The notes below the pieces were generated by a model. The model was not told where the DNA came from, did not search any database, and saw nothing but the letters and a program-made list of their open reading frames with translations. Shown piece after piece: positions 16,652 through 26,112 of a stretch of 64,000 bases of DNA. The DNA lies in IMG/VR virus record IMGVR_UViG_3300034107_000364. One strand, given 5' to 3'. The DNA comes from a virus. Taxonomy: Duplodnaviria > Heunggongvirae > Uroviricota > Caudoviricetes. A program made the position numbers and the translations under genes. Position 1 is the stretch's first letter; every line of letters begins with the position of its first letter.

Positions 16652-16876
16652 ATGATCAGAGAAAAACAAGAGAAAAACGGACCAATTATTATTGATTTAA
16701 CAGGACCTGATGGTAATGCATTTGCTCTTATGGCTTATGCTAAACGATTTGCAACTCAATTGGGTTGGAAGGACAGAGGTGCTTCACTTATTACCGATAT
16801 GATGTCAAGTGACTATGAACATCTTTTAGAGGTTTTTGATAATGCATTTGGTGAATTTGTAATCCTAGAACGATAA
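16652..16876 (+). CDS. hypothetical protein (74 aa)
   Basis: ORF after cassette 6. Confidence 0.5.
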   Translation: MIREKQEKNGPIIIDLTGPDGNAFALMAYAKRFATQLGWKDRGASLITDMMSSDYEHLLEVFDNAFGEFVILER

Positions 16877-16878
16877 TC

Positions 16879-17223
16879 ATGAAAATTTATACATTTCCTC
16901 GCAGTACTTTTTATGGTGATGTTTTTGCCATAGTTAAGACTCTATCAGGTACATATGTATGTCCAGGCTGGCATCCTGTGCCAGATGGTACTACTAGAGA
17001 GCAAATTAAGTTTGAGGCAGCAGTTAATGTACCTAAAAAAGAAACTCGACCAGAGTCACCTAAAAAAGAATGGCAGGTAAATGGTTCTAAAGCTGGTGTA
17101 ACTTATACAGTTTCAGATACTAATGGATCTTGGAATTGTACATGTCCATCAAAAAGCTTCCACCGAGGTGATTGTAAACACATTAAAGCAAAAAAAGATG
17201 AATTGTTAATAACTTTATCTTAA
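16879..17223 (+). CDS. SWIM-type zinc-finger protein
   Basis: WNCTCPSKSFHRGDCKHI fits CxCxnCxH SWIM pattern. Confidence 0.45.
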   Translation: MKIYTFPRSTFYGDVFAIVKTLSGTYVCPGWHPVPDGTTREQIKFEAAVNVPKKETRPESPKKEWQVNGSKAGVTYTVSDTNGSWNCTCPSKSFHRGDCKHIKAKKDELLITLS

Positions 17224-17225
17224 TA

Positions 17226-17275
17226 TATTTTTTTATATCAAATATTAGTTGTATATTAGCCTTATAATTAAAAAC
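17226..17275 (+). promoter_or_regulatory. promoter element (cassette 3' half only), copy 7
   Basis: GTATATTAGCCTTATAATTAAAAAC 8 nt upstream of ATG 17283. Confidence 0.5.
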
Positions 17276-17282
17276 AAACAAC

Positions 17283-17510
17283 ATGACAGAAGAACTTTAT
17301 TTAACAGAACAAGAGTACAAACAGTATCAAGAGATCATGAATACCAAAGAGTATTTGACTCAAGAAGAGTATGATTTTTGTTTCAATTGGGACCACGAAG
17401 AAACTCGTACCTCAACTAGTAAACTTTCAGAAGGACGATACTTGAATCTTAATGTATATTCTGAGGCTGAAAAAGAAGATTACGATTTTAGAAGAGAAAC
17501 TGGACTTTAA
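17283..17510 (+). CDS. hypothetical protein (75 aa)
   Basis: ORF. Confidence 0.5.
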   Translation: MTEELYLTEQEYKQYQEIMNTKEYLTQEEYDFCFNWDHEETRTSTSKLSEGRYLNLNVYSEAEKEDYDFRRETGL

Positions 17511-17531
17511 TATAAATTTAAAAATAAAAAA

Positions 17532-17888
17532 ATGAGCAAGAAATTAGAAATACTTAGATGTGTTGAAGTAACAAGTCAACGTCAAGCCGATAATGGTACA
17601 GTATGTTATCATGATCCGATTACAAATTGTGATTATATTAGTTATGAAAGTGGTTATGTCCGTCGTAAATATTCTGTTAGGAATTGGAGAGGTCACAAAA
17701 TCACGACCATTTATCAATTAAATAAAACTCAAATGGTGCCAATCGAGTACACCGATTATTATGGTAATGAATACACATCTGAAGCTAAACATAGAATTTT
17801 AGAAATGGATCCAAATAAACGTCTAGAGCTTCTTGCCCGTGCCGTAGTAAATTACAGAAACACTGTAAAATCTTATCAACTTTCTTAA
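17532..17888 (+). CDS. hypothetical protein (118 aa)
   Basis: ORF. Confidence 0.5.
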   Translation: MSKKLEILRCVEVTSQRQADNGTVCYHDPITNCDYISYESGYVRRKYSVRNWRGHKITTIYQLNKTQMVPIEYTDYYGNEYTSEAKHRILEMDPNKRLELLARAVVNYRNTVKSYQLS

Positions 17889-17898
17889 ACCAACAATC

Positions 17899-18141
17899 AT
17901 GTCAAACAACGAAAAAAATCTAACACCGAACGAACGCGAACTTCTAAAAAGTTTAAACGTTAAAGCTAATCTTATTCTTGAATTTGAAACTTTAATGCAA
18001 GGACTTAAATTACCATACGATAAGAATTATATCTATAGTCTTGACGAACAAGTTTTGAGAGATTTTATAATTTCATGGACTCCTGAAAATCAAGAAGAGA
18101 TGAAGAAAAAATTCTATGTTGAAACTAAAAAGCAAAAGTAG
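17899..18141 (+). CDS. hypothetical protein (80 aa)
   Basis: ORF. Confidence 0.45.
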   Translation: MSNNEKNLTPNERELLKSLNVKANLILEFETLMQGLKLPYDKNYIYSLDEQVLRDFIISWTPENQEEMKKKFYVETKKQK

Positions 18142-18177
18142 CATATAAAAAATGTCTCAAACCAAAGGTAAGATAAG

Positions 18178-18453
18178 ATGAAAAAGCCAATAACAGTTTA
18201 CTATTTACATTACTATGATGAGGATCACAAAAATCCTGCATTTAGCAAATATAAAGACTTCGTTACATGTGTAATGGCTGAAGATACCCAAGAGGCAATT
18301 GAAAAAACAAAGATTATCGCCGGAAATCAAAATATCAAAATCATGGGTATTGCTTCTGGTAGAGAAGAAGACGTTAATGAAAAACATCCGTTAGGAACTC
18401 ACGAAGAAATAATGCCACTTGGTGGTTGGAAAAACAAAAACAAAACAATATGA
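18178..18453 (+). CDS. hypothetical protein (91 aa)
   Basis: ORF. Confidence 0.45.
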   Translation: MKKPITVYYLHYYDEDHKNPAFSKYKDFVTCVMAEDTQEAIEKTKIIAGNQNIKIMGIASGREEDVNEKHPLGTHEEIMPLGGWKNKNKTI

Positions 18454-18692
18454 CAGAATTAGAAACATGGCAACTAGTTAATCAAGCCGAAACACAGGAA
18501 CAACTTGCAGTTATTATTAATAAACTTGCAGATGTAGAAGGAATGATCCAAGGTCGCGTAAAGAAACACAATGCTAGCCAAATGATTATTGGTTTAAATC
18601 TTTTTATGAAAGATCAAATAGCGTCTAATATTCTTACAAGAGAATTTGGTATCAGACAGCAAGCGATTTATCTAAAACACTTTATTAACTAA
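18449..18692 (+). CDS. hypothetical protein (81 aa)
   Basis: first ATG (MTELETWQ) rather than TTG 18426. Confidence 0.45.
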
Positions 18693-18696
18693 GATT

Positions 18697-19089
18697 ATGC
18701 AAAAACATTATTTTGAACTAGACAAAGTAGACTCAATTACTTTAACACCCGAAAAGGAAAGCACCAGTTACAAATGGTGGTCTTCTATTCCACCAAGTCC
18801 TAAAACATTCTTAGGAATTAAGTATGGTATGAAACTTGGAATTATTGCAGGTTGGTCAGATTATGATAGCGGCCAGAATCGGAAACCAACTTCATATTTT
18901 GATGATTACACATGGTATAGGGTAGATGATGTAAATAAAAAAGTTTATAGTAGAGCACATGTTGAAATCCGTTTAGGATATAAACAATCTTTCGGTGTTA
19001 ACTTTGAATCTACTGAAGCAGCTCAAGCTTACGTTGATGATTTAATCTTAGGATCAGACAAAAAATTCACAGTAATCATTAACAAATAG
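18697..19089 (+). CDS. hypothetical protein (130 aa)
   Basis: ORF. Confidence 0.5.
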   Translation: MQKHYFELDKVDSITLTPEKESTSYKWWSSIPPSPKTFLGIKYGMKLGIIAGWSDYDSGQNRKPTSYFDDYTWYRVDDVNKKVYSRAHVEIRLGYKQSFGVNFESTEAAQAYVDDLILGSDKKFTVIINK

Positions 19090-19093
19090 GGTC

Positions 19094-19528
19094 ATGGAAA
19101 CTAAAAGTCTAGTAGAAAGATTAAAGGAACATATGGAAAGTCCAGAAGGCCAAAAGGCAATGGAAGAATATTTCCGTAAATTATATGAAAAGGAGAAGAT
19201 TCAATTAGAAAGAGCAAATAAACTATTGCAACGATATGGTGTTTGTGATGATTCGACATTTGATTATTTAATGTTAGATATTCTAGAGAAACAAGAAAAG
19301 TATGATGAGAGACATTACTCAACATACACTGATCGATCTCTTCATATTATGAATTTAATGTGGGAATTGGCATCTATTCATGGAACAGAAATCGAGCCAT
19401 TGGATGGTTTAACAGAGAATTTCTCATCAATGATCTATGATTATTATGGTTATCAATTTGCAATTACACACGGACAAGGATCTGTGTTAAGTGTTTATCG
19501 TCAAAATGAATTAAGATACAGAAGCTAA
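19094..19528 (+). CDS. hypothetical protein (144 aa)
   Basis: ORF. Confidence 0.5.
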   Translation: METKSLVERLKEHMESPEGQKAMEEYFRKLYEKEKIQLERANKLLQRYGVCDDSTFDYLMLDILEKQEKYDERHYSTYTDRSLHIMNLMWELASIHGTEIEPLDGLTENFSSMIYDYYGYQFAITHGQGSVLSVYRQNELRYRS

Positions 19529-19932
19529 TGAAAAGATTTAACGAATGGTGCGATCGAATGGATCAGAACCTAAAGAATTTTGATTGGAAAGAAATATTAT
19601 ATTTTCTTTGGCCAATTTCAATGTTCTTTAAAAGAGAGCGTAAAAATGAAACTGGAAAGGCATTTGTTTACGATACTAAAATAGGAAATCCTATACAAAT
19701 TAGAAGCACTAGAAACATGTCTAATATGGAAATGATGTATGGTACTGATTTTTCTACCAGTGGATCCGGTAATGCATCTACCAGTGGAAATTTTGCAATG
19801 GACATGTATAAGGCTGGAATTGCTAGAGAAATATGTGAACAAATTATGAAAGGTGATCTTATAGATTGGGCCACGGAAGACACTCAAAATGGCACCCAGA
19901 TTACCGGACGTATAATTGTTAACAAGTTTTGA
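19528..19932 (+). CDS. hypothetical protein (134 aa)
   Basis: ORF; start overlaps previous stop. Confidence 0.5.
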   Translation: MKRFNEWCDRMDQNLKNFDWKEILYFLWPISMFFKRERKNETGKAFVYDTKIGNPIQIRSTRNMSNMEMMYGTDFSTSGSGNASTSGNFAMDMYKAGIAREICEQIMKGDLIDWATEDTQNGTQITGRIIVNKF

Positions 19933-19951
19933 TAAAATAGTTGCTCAAATA

Positions 19952-19996
19952 TTGTTTTATGTCAAAACTTTTGTGTATATTTACATATAATTAAAA
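19952..19996 (+). promoter_or_regulatory. promoter cassette (TTATGTCAA variant), copy 8
   Basis: TTTTATGTCAAAACTTTTGTGTATATTTACATATAATTAAAAAG upstream of PRPP-synthetase-like gene. Confidence 0.55.
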
Positions 19997-20007
19997 AGAA
20001 ACAAATC

Positions 20008-20883
20008 ATGGTACAGAAATTAAACTTAGTAGACCTAGAAAATTCAGACATTAAATACAAAATCTCTCGATTTCCTGATGGTCAGCAATCAATCACATTA
20101 GATATGGTTGATGCAGATTTACCAAACAAAATCACAGTAAGTATTACAAGTCGATTTAATTCATTTAAGGATTTAGAAATCATTATTGCTGCTAATCAAG
20201 CACTTCGTGAATTTTCATATGTCGAGAATGTTAAGTTAAATGTACCTTATTTTTTAGGAGCTCGTTCAGATCGTAAATTCGAGGCTGGTACCAGTAACTA
20301 CCTTAAAACAGTTATTTGTCCAATCATCAATGCACAAAACTTCTCAAGAGTGACAGTATTAGATCCTCACTCAGATGTTTTAGAAGCTTGTTTGAATAAC
20401 TATCACAAACACAATAACCATCGTTTGGTTAAAGATGCATTAACAAAGATTGATAATAAAGATGGTGCACAAAGCAGAATCTGTTTAGTAAGTCCAGATG
20501 CTGGCGCTTATAAAAAGATCTTTGATGTTGCAAAAGAATTTAACATTGATAATATTGTTACAGCATCTAAAGTGCGAGATATTAAAACTGGAAAGATTCT
20601 TAGAACTGAGATTCCCACTTTAGATCAACATGCAGATTTAAAGTACGTTATCATTGATGACATTTGTGATGGTGGTAGAACTTTCATTGAATTGGCTAAA
20701 GCTATTAAAGGAAGCCGACCAAGTGCTAAAGTTTATTTAGTAGTAACACATGGTATTTTTAGTGCTGGATTTAAAGAATTATCACAATATTTTGAAGGCA
20801 TCTATACAACAAATAGCTACCGAGAAGTTGCAGATAATGAGTATGGTGAGAACACTAAAACAATTGCATTTAACATATTCTAA
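20008..20883 (+). CDS. ribose-phosphate pyrophosphokinase homolog (PRPP synthetase-like; candidate ADP-ribose pyrophosphate synthetase of NAD+ reconstitution pathway)
   Basis: RFPDGQ..., VPYFLGARSDRK (Prs catalytic flexible loop region), VSPDAGAYKK and IIDDICDGGRTF PRTase type I motif. Confidence 0.7.
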   Translation: MVQKLNLVDLENSDIKYKISRFPDGQQSITLDMVDADLPNKITVSITSRFNSFKDLEIIIAANQALREFSYVENVKLNVPYFLGARSDRKFEAGTSNYLKTVICPIINAQNFSRVTVLDPHSDVLEACLNNYHKHNNHRLVKDALTKIDNKDGAQSRICLVSPDAGAYKKIFDVAKEFNIDNIVTASKVRDIKTGKILRTEIPTLDQHADLKYVIIDDICDGGRTFIELAKAIKGSRPSAKVYLVVTHGIFSAGFKELSQYFEGIYTTNSYREVADNEYGENTKTIAFNIF

Positions 20884-21098
20884 TGTATACAGTTGATTCA
20901 TTATTCACACAACACGGATACGTTATAGAAATAGAAGTGGACCGTACAAGTGCTCCAAAGTTTGCATTCGACATATACAAATATGAACACTTTGGTAACT
21001 ATGAAAAAATTGAAGTAAGAGATTGGTATTTATACCGAACATGGCAAGAAGCATTTGATGCAGCCATTGAAGAACTAACACAATTAAATTTAATATGA
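20883..21098 (+). CDS. hypothetical protein (71 aa)
   Basis: ORF. Confidence 0.45.
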   Translation: MYTVDSLFTQHGYVIEIEVDRTSAPKFAFDIYKYEHFGNYEKIEVRDWYLYRTWQEAFDAAIEELTQLNLI

Positions 21099-21228
21099 GA
21101 AAAAAAGAAGTAGAAGTAGCAAAAGAAGTACAAGAAGTTATTGTACTGGTTCATGATCCAATCTTGGGTTCAAGATATGAATTAAGAGAAGTTGAAGTAG
21201 AAGAATCTGAAAACGAGGAAGCAGAGTA

Positions 21229-21726
21229 ATGGAATCTATTTACAATAGAGAATATCGAATGTATGGATTGGTGCCTTATAATTTAAGCCCAATCCAACAA
21301 GGTATCCAATTTGGACATGCTGTTGTAGAATATGGGCTTGATTTCTTTAATACTCCAGAATACCAAGAATGGGCGAAAATAGACAAAACATTTATTATTT
21401 TAAATGGTGGAACTACTAATGACAGTAGCATGAGATTAGGAACTCTTCAGCAAAACTATTTTGAATTAACAGATCGAGGTATTAAAGTTGGAGAATTTCA
21501 TGAGCCAGATTTGGGAGATCAAATGACTGCTGTGGTTTTCTTAGTTGATGACAGAGTTTTTGACAAAACCCACTGGCCTGATTATGTTGGTCCATATTAT
21601 ATAGATGGTACAACACCAATCGAAATGGATTATTATGAATGGAAGATGAAATTTGCTGAAAGTGAAAAGGAAGCAGATCAGATCATTTTCTTAAGAGAAT
21701 TTTTAAAACGATTTAGACTAGCATAA
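21229..21726 (+). CDS. possible PTH2-family peptidyl-tRNA hydrolase-like protein
   Basis: IQQGIQFGHAVVEYG and EPDLGDQMTAVVFLVD align loosely with PTH2 GKIAAQCSHAA and DAGRTQIAPGSQTVLGIGP; low confidence. Confidence 0.35.
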   Translation: MESIYNREYRMYGLVPYNLSPIQQGIQFGHAVVEYGLDFFNTPEYQEWAKIDKTFIILNGGTTNDSSMRLGTLQQNYFELTDRGIKVGEFHEPDLGDQMTAVVFLVDDRVFDKTHWPDYVGPYYIDGTTPIEMDYYEWKMKFAESEKEADQIIFLREFLKRFRLA

Positions 21727-22247
21727 TGGGACAATTAAATGATTTTATAAAATCAGAGATAGAGGTTGATACAAATTATCAAGAAATTAATGGTGATCTA
21801 ATCAAATTAGCCAACGAAGGTACATTTGATGTTATTACACATGGTTGTAATTGCATGAGCACAATGGGTGCTGGAATAGCACCTCAAATGGCAAAAGCAT
21901 TTGGAGTTGATCAATATCCTCTTGAATCTTTTACTCGTAAAGGTGATATTAACAAATTAGGACAAATTGAATGGCTAGTTGAAAGAGATGGTGCAATACC
22001 ATATGTTGTTAATTCATATACTCAATATAATTATGGTGCAAATCATAAAGATGGAACTGCTAAACCAATTGATTACGAAGCACTAACAATGTGTATGCGC
22101 AAGATAAATCACACGTTCAAAGGCAAACATATTGGATTGCCAAAGATTGGTGCAGGATTAGCAGGCGGAGACTGGAACAGAATTAAAACCATTATCCAAA
22201 CAGAACTAAAAGATATGAAAGTGTCAGTGGTAATTTACAAACTATAA
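21726..22247 (+). CDS. macro domain protein, OARD1/TARG1-Poa1p subfamily
   Basis: FDVITHGCNCMSTMGAGIAPQMAKAFG matches LAHCISxDCRMGAGIA signature; GLPKIGAGLAGGDW second Gly-rich loop. Confidence 0.55.
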   Translation: MGQLNDFIKSEIEVDTNYQEINGDLIKLANEGTFDVITHGCNCMSTMGAGIAPQMAKAFGVDQYPLESFTRKGDINKLGQIEWLVERDGAIPYVVNSYTQYNYGANHKDGTAKPIDYEALTMCMRKINHTFKGKHIGLPKIGAGLAGGDWNRIKTIIQTELKDMKVSVVIYKL

Positions 22248-22248
22248 A

Positions 22249-22320
22249 TGTTCGTAACTTTTTAATAATAAATTTTACCAGATCAATTATTATTAGTATA
22301 TTTACTTTATAATTAAAAAC
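22249..22320 (+). promoter_or_regulatory. terminator/promoter cassette, copy 9
   Basis: ATGTTCGTAACTTTTTAATAATAAATTTTACCAGATCAATTATTATTAGTATATTTACTTTATAATTAAAAAC. Confidence 0.6.
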
Positions 22321-22329
22321 AATCAATAT

Positions 22330-23814
22330 ATGAACCCATTATTTTTAACAGACGGTTACAAAACAGGACATCACCAACAATATCCAAAAGGAACTACGTT
22401 GGTTTATTCTAACTTTACTCCTCGTAGTAACAAGTACGCACCACAAGGTTGCGATCAATTAGTATCATTTGGACAACAAATGGTAGTTAAACAAATTCAC
22501 GAAGCTTTTGAAAAAGATTTCTTTAGTCGTCCTAAAGATGAAGTTTGTGGAGAAATGAAAAGAGAATTGTCAATGTACTTAAATACTGACTATGATGTTA
22601 GTCACTTTGAAGCTTTACATGATTTAGGTTATTTGCCTATTATTGTTAAAACAATCGAAGAAGGTAGTTTAGTACCAATGAGAGTTCCAGTATTGACAAT
22701 CTACAATACACATCCAGATTTTTATTGGATTACAAACTACCTAGAAACAATTATTTCTAACTTGTTATGGAAACCAATGACTTCTGCAACTATTGCACAT
22801 GCATATCGTAAAGTGTTGACTGGATGGCAAGAAAAAACCGATGCTGAAAGATCTTGGTTTATTGATTGGCAAGGACATGATTTCTCAATGAGAGGTCTAG
22901 ATTCTATTGATGCTACTATTAGTTCAGGTCTTGGTCACTTAACAAGTTTCTCAGGTTCAGACAGTTTACCAGCAATCTTCGGAGCTCGTAAGTTTTATGG
23001 AGAAACTGGATTTGTTGCTGGATCTGTGAATGCAACTGAGCACTCAGTTATGTGTGCTGGTAGTAAAGAAGATGAGGTTGGAACATTTAGAAACCTAATG
23101 GAAACATATCCAACAGGAATTCTTTCAATCGTATCAGATACTTGGGACTTATGGAAAGTTTGTACTGAACATATCGTTACATTGAAAGAAGAGATTTTAG
23201 CTCGTGATGGTAAGGTAGTTATTAGACCTGACTCTGGTGATCCAGTTGAAATTATTTGTGGTAAAAAATGGGATGACGAACAAAATCCATATGATGAAAA
23301 TGTAGATGCTATTGAGAAAGGTGTTGTTGAATTATTATGGGATGTATTCGGTGGAGAAATCAATGAACAAGGTTACAAAGTTCTTGACTCTCACATTGGA
23401 GCAATCTACGGAGATTCAATCACAATCGAAAGAGCAAATGAAATCTGTAAGCGTTTAGAGGCAAAAGGATTTGCAAGTACAAATATCGTTTTAGGTGTAG
23501 GTTCATTCACATATCAATTTAATACAAGAGATACATTTGGTTTTGCAATGAAAGCCACTTATGTTGAAGTAAATGGTGAAGGTCGTGAAATCTTTAAAGA
23601 TCCAATCACTGACGATGGTATTAAGAAATCTGCAAAAGGTTTATTGCATGTTGCTAAAATTTTTAATAAAAGTATTAACGATGGTTATATGCTAGTCGAT
23701 CAATGCTCATGGGAAGATGAGAGTAAAGGAATGTTAAAAACTATCTATAAAGATGGAGAGTTTTTAAACCAAACTACCCTTACTGAAATCAGAGAACGTT
23801 TAAGAAATTCATAA
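22330..23814 (+). CDS. nicotinamide phosphoribosyltransferase family (NAMPT/NadV-like; candidate Namat)
   Basis: N-terminal NPLFLTDGYKTGHHQQYP, full-length (494 aa) NAPRTase-fold similarity to NAMPT. Confidence 0.75.
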   Translation: MNPLFLTDGYKTGHHQQYPKGTTLVYSNFTPRSNKYAPQGCDQLVSFGQQMVVKQIHEAFEKDFFSRPKDEVCGEMKRELSMYLNTDYDVSHFEALHDLGYLPIIVKTIEEGSLVPMRVPVLTIYNTHPDFYWITNYLETIISNLLWKPMTSATIAHAYRKVLTGWQEKTDAERSWFIDWQGHDFSMRGLDSIDATISSGLGHLTSFSGSDSLPAIFGARKFYGETGFVAGSVNATEHSVMCAGSKEDEVGTFRNLMETYPTGILSIVSDTWDLWKVCTEHIVTLKEEILARDGKVVIRPDSGDPVEIICGKKWDDEQNPYDENVDAIEKGVVELLWDVFGGEINEQGYKVLDSHIGAIYGDSITIERANEICKRLEAKGFASTNIVLGVGSFTYQFNTRDTFGFAMKATYVEVNGEGREIFKDPITDDGIKKSAKGLLHVAKIFNKSINDGYMLVDQCSWEDESKGMLKTIYKDGEFLNQTTLTEIRERLRNS

Positions 23815-24086
23815 TGAATAGAAAAAACGCAACATTATTAATATTAATCTTTGCAGCGCTTGTAGCCTTTGTGGTTACAGGCTGCGAAGGTAATGTACAT
23901 GTTTCAACTAAATCAAATCCACATAAAATGGAACTTGATAGTAATTCACAATACTCTGATCAAAATTATAGAGTCTACACTCTTGAAGGTTGTGAATATA
24001 TTGTAGTCGGAATGGGTAATAACCAATGGGGATCCCATAAAGGAAATTGTAAAAATCCAATACACAAACAAAATGAAAGTAATTAA
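23814..24086 (+). CDS. small lipoprotein
   Basis: signal peptide LLILIFAALVAFVVTGC lipobox. Confidence 0.5.
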   Translation: MNRKNATLLILIFAALVAFVVTGCEGNVHVSTKSNPHKMELDSNSQYSDQNYRVYTLEGCEYIVVGMGNNQWGSHKGNCKNPIHKQNESN

Positions 24087-24543
24087 ACCACCACAAAAAG
24101 AATCATGGAAACATGATAATGCTATATTCTTAGCAGGTTCTATAGAAATGGGCAAAGCCGAAGATTGGCAAGCTACAATTCCAGCAATATTTAAAGATCG
24201 TAAAGATTTAATATTCTTAAATCCTAGACGTAATGATTGGGATTCTAGTTGGGAACAAACAGAATCTAGTCCACAATTTAGCGAACAAGTTAATTGGGAA
24301 TTAGATATGCTAGATAAATGTAACCTTATTTTCATGTACTTTTCACCAGAAACAAAGAGTCCAATTAGTTTATTAGAACTTGGATTGTATGCTACTTCAT
24401 GTAAAATGATAGTTTGTTGTCCAGATGGATTTTATCGTAAAGGTAATGTAGATATAGTTTGCAGCAGATATAATATCCCGCTTTACAACACAATGGAAGC
24501 TGCGATTGGTAGATTAAGAACAGAATTAAAAGACGTAGAATAA
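24073..24543 (+). CDS. nucleoside 2-deoxyribosyltransferase-like protein
   Basis: IFLAGSIEMG... and ELGLYATSCKMIV match Nuc_deoxyrib_tr fold motifs. Confidence 0.5.
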   Translation: MKVIKPPQKESWKHDNAIFLAGSIEMGKAEDWQATIPAIFKDRKDLIFLNPRRNDWDSSWEQTESSPQFSEQVNWELDMLDKCNLIFMYFSPETKSPISLLELGLYATSCKMIVCCPDGFYRKGNVDIVCSRYNIPLYNTMEAAIGRLRTELKDVE

Positions 24544-24544
24544 T

Positions 24545-24823
24545 ATGAAAAATTCAATAGGACTTATAAATTACGAAGGAGATTGTCTTAAATTAGTTAA
24601 AGACAATGATGCACTTCATGTTAAAGATCAATATGGTCAAACTGTAATGCAGAATATTACAGTAGAAAGGGTATATGAATTCATATCGGGTACTATAAGT
24701 ATCACTGATAGTGAAGGTAAAGGTTGGTGGTTTACATTAGAACACGAGAACGCAAAACCATCACTTTTTAAAATACATGAATTCCTTAAAGATATTAACA
24801 TCAAAATCTGCAAATGTTCGTAA
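24545..24823 (+). CDS. hypothetical protein (92 aa)
   Basis: ORF; stop codon lies inside TTGTTCGTAA of cassette 10. Confidence 0.45.
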   Translation: MKNSIGLINYEGDCLKLVKDNDALHVKDQYGQTVMQNITVERVYEFISGTISITDSEGKGWWFTLEHENAKPSLFKIHEFLKDINIKICKCS

Positions 24824-24895
24824 CTTTTTAAAAAATAATCAGCCAAACATTTTTTTGTTTGGCTTTTTTTTAGTATATTAGCCTTATAATTAAAA
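24815..24895 (+). promoter_or_regulatory. terminator/promoter cassette, copy 10 (hairpin variant)
   Basis: TGTTCGTAACTTTTTAAAAAATAATC-AGCCAAACAtttttttGTTTGGCT-TTTTTTTAGTATATTAGCCTTATAATTAAAAC. Confidence 0.6.
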
Positions 24896-24906
24896 CACTA
24901 ATCAAT

Positions 24907-25230
24907 ATGACAAATTTTAAAAAACTTTCAAGATCAGAAGCTGATGCTTCAGGAACATCATTAAGTGGTTATTTAGACAATGTAACTTACGGTAATTTAT
25001 GTGAAGCCTTCGGAGAGCCTACATGTACACCTGAAGATTCTGGTGACGGTAAAGTTAATTTTGAATGGATCTTTGAATTTAATGGAGAAATCTATACGGT
25101 TTATGATTGGAAAACATATGACCAAGAATATACCATGAATCAATTAACTAGATGGAACGTTGGTAGTAAGTCTCGTGCTACAGAATTCATATCACATGTT
25201 GAATCTACATTAAAATCTAAAGTATCATAA
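24907..25230 (+). CDS. hypothetical protein (107 aa)
   Basis: ORF after cassette 10. Confidence 0.5.
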   Translation: MTNFKKLSRSEADASGTSLSGYLDNVTYGNLCEAFGEPTCTPEDSGDGKVNFEWIFEFNGEIYTVYDWKTYDQEYTMNQLTRWNVGSKSRATEFISHVESTLKSKVS

Positions 25231-25399
25231 TATGAACTACAAGAACTATCTTATCGAAGAAAACGAAAACTATTGGCCATCACACCCTGAATCTAAGTAT
25301 GTGTTTAATAATACTGAAGATTGCGATGAAACAATGGGATGTGGTAGTAGTATAGAGGATTGTATAGAACAAATCAAAGAAAGATTAGAACAATAACAT

Positions 25400-26107
25400 A
25401 TGAGAATAACATTAATTTCAGATACTCACACAAAGCATGATGAGTTATCTTACGATCCTAAAGATCTCCCAGGTGGAGACTTATTAATCCACGCAGGAGA
25501 CATTATGAATTCTGGTAGAAATCCAGTGGATATTAACCAATTTTGTAAATGGTTTGAAGGATTAGAGCAATATAGCAATAAAGTTTTTATTGCAGGAAAC
25601 CACGATAGAATCTTTGAAACTGACCCAGAAATGGCAAGTGAGATTTATACTTCTTATAAGAACATTGATTATCTTCAAGATAATCGATTAGATCTATGGG
25701 ATGAAAATGACCAACAAATTGTTATTTATGGTACGCCTTGGCAACCTGAATTTTATAGTTGGGCATTTAATTTACCAAGATGCGGTCCAGGTTTGATGTC
25801 AAAATGGGAAGCAATTCCAAAAGACACAGATATTCTTATCACACATGGACCACCACAAGATCATTTAGATATGAGTGGACCTCCATATAATGAGCCTCAT
25901 TTAGGATGTGAATTGCTTAGAGAAAAAGTAGACGAGCAACCACCTAAGATTCATGTATTTGGACACATTCATGGTGGATATGGTTACAAATTCCATAATG
26001 GTACTCACTTCTTTAACGCATCAATCTTAAACGAAAGATATGAATATGTAAACAAGCCAGTAACGTTTGATTGGGATCCTGAAACTAATGAAATAACTTT
26101 TATATAA
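25400..26107 (+). CDS. calcineurin-like metallophosphoesterase
   Basis: ISDTHT, GDLLIHAGDI, IAGNHD, ILITHGPP, VFGHIHGG motifs. Confidence 0.7.
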   Translation: MRITLISDTHTKHDELSYDPKDLPGGDLLIHAGDIMNSGRNPVDINQFCKWFEGLEQYSNKVFIAGNHDRIFETDPEMASEIYTSYKNIDYLQDNRLDLWDENDQQIVIYGTPWQPEFYSWAFNLPRCGPGLMSKWEAIPKDTDILITHGPPQDHLDMSGPPYNEPHLGCELLREKVDEQPPKIHVFGHIHGGYGYKFHNGTHFFNASILNERYEYVNKPVTFDWDPETNEITFI

Positions 26108-26112
26108 TTAAC

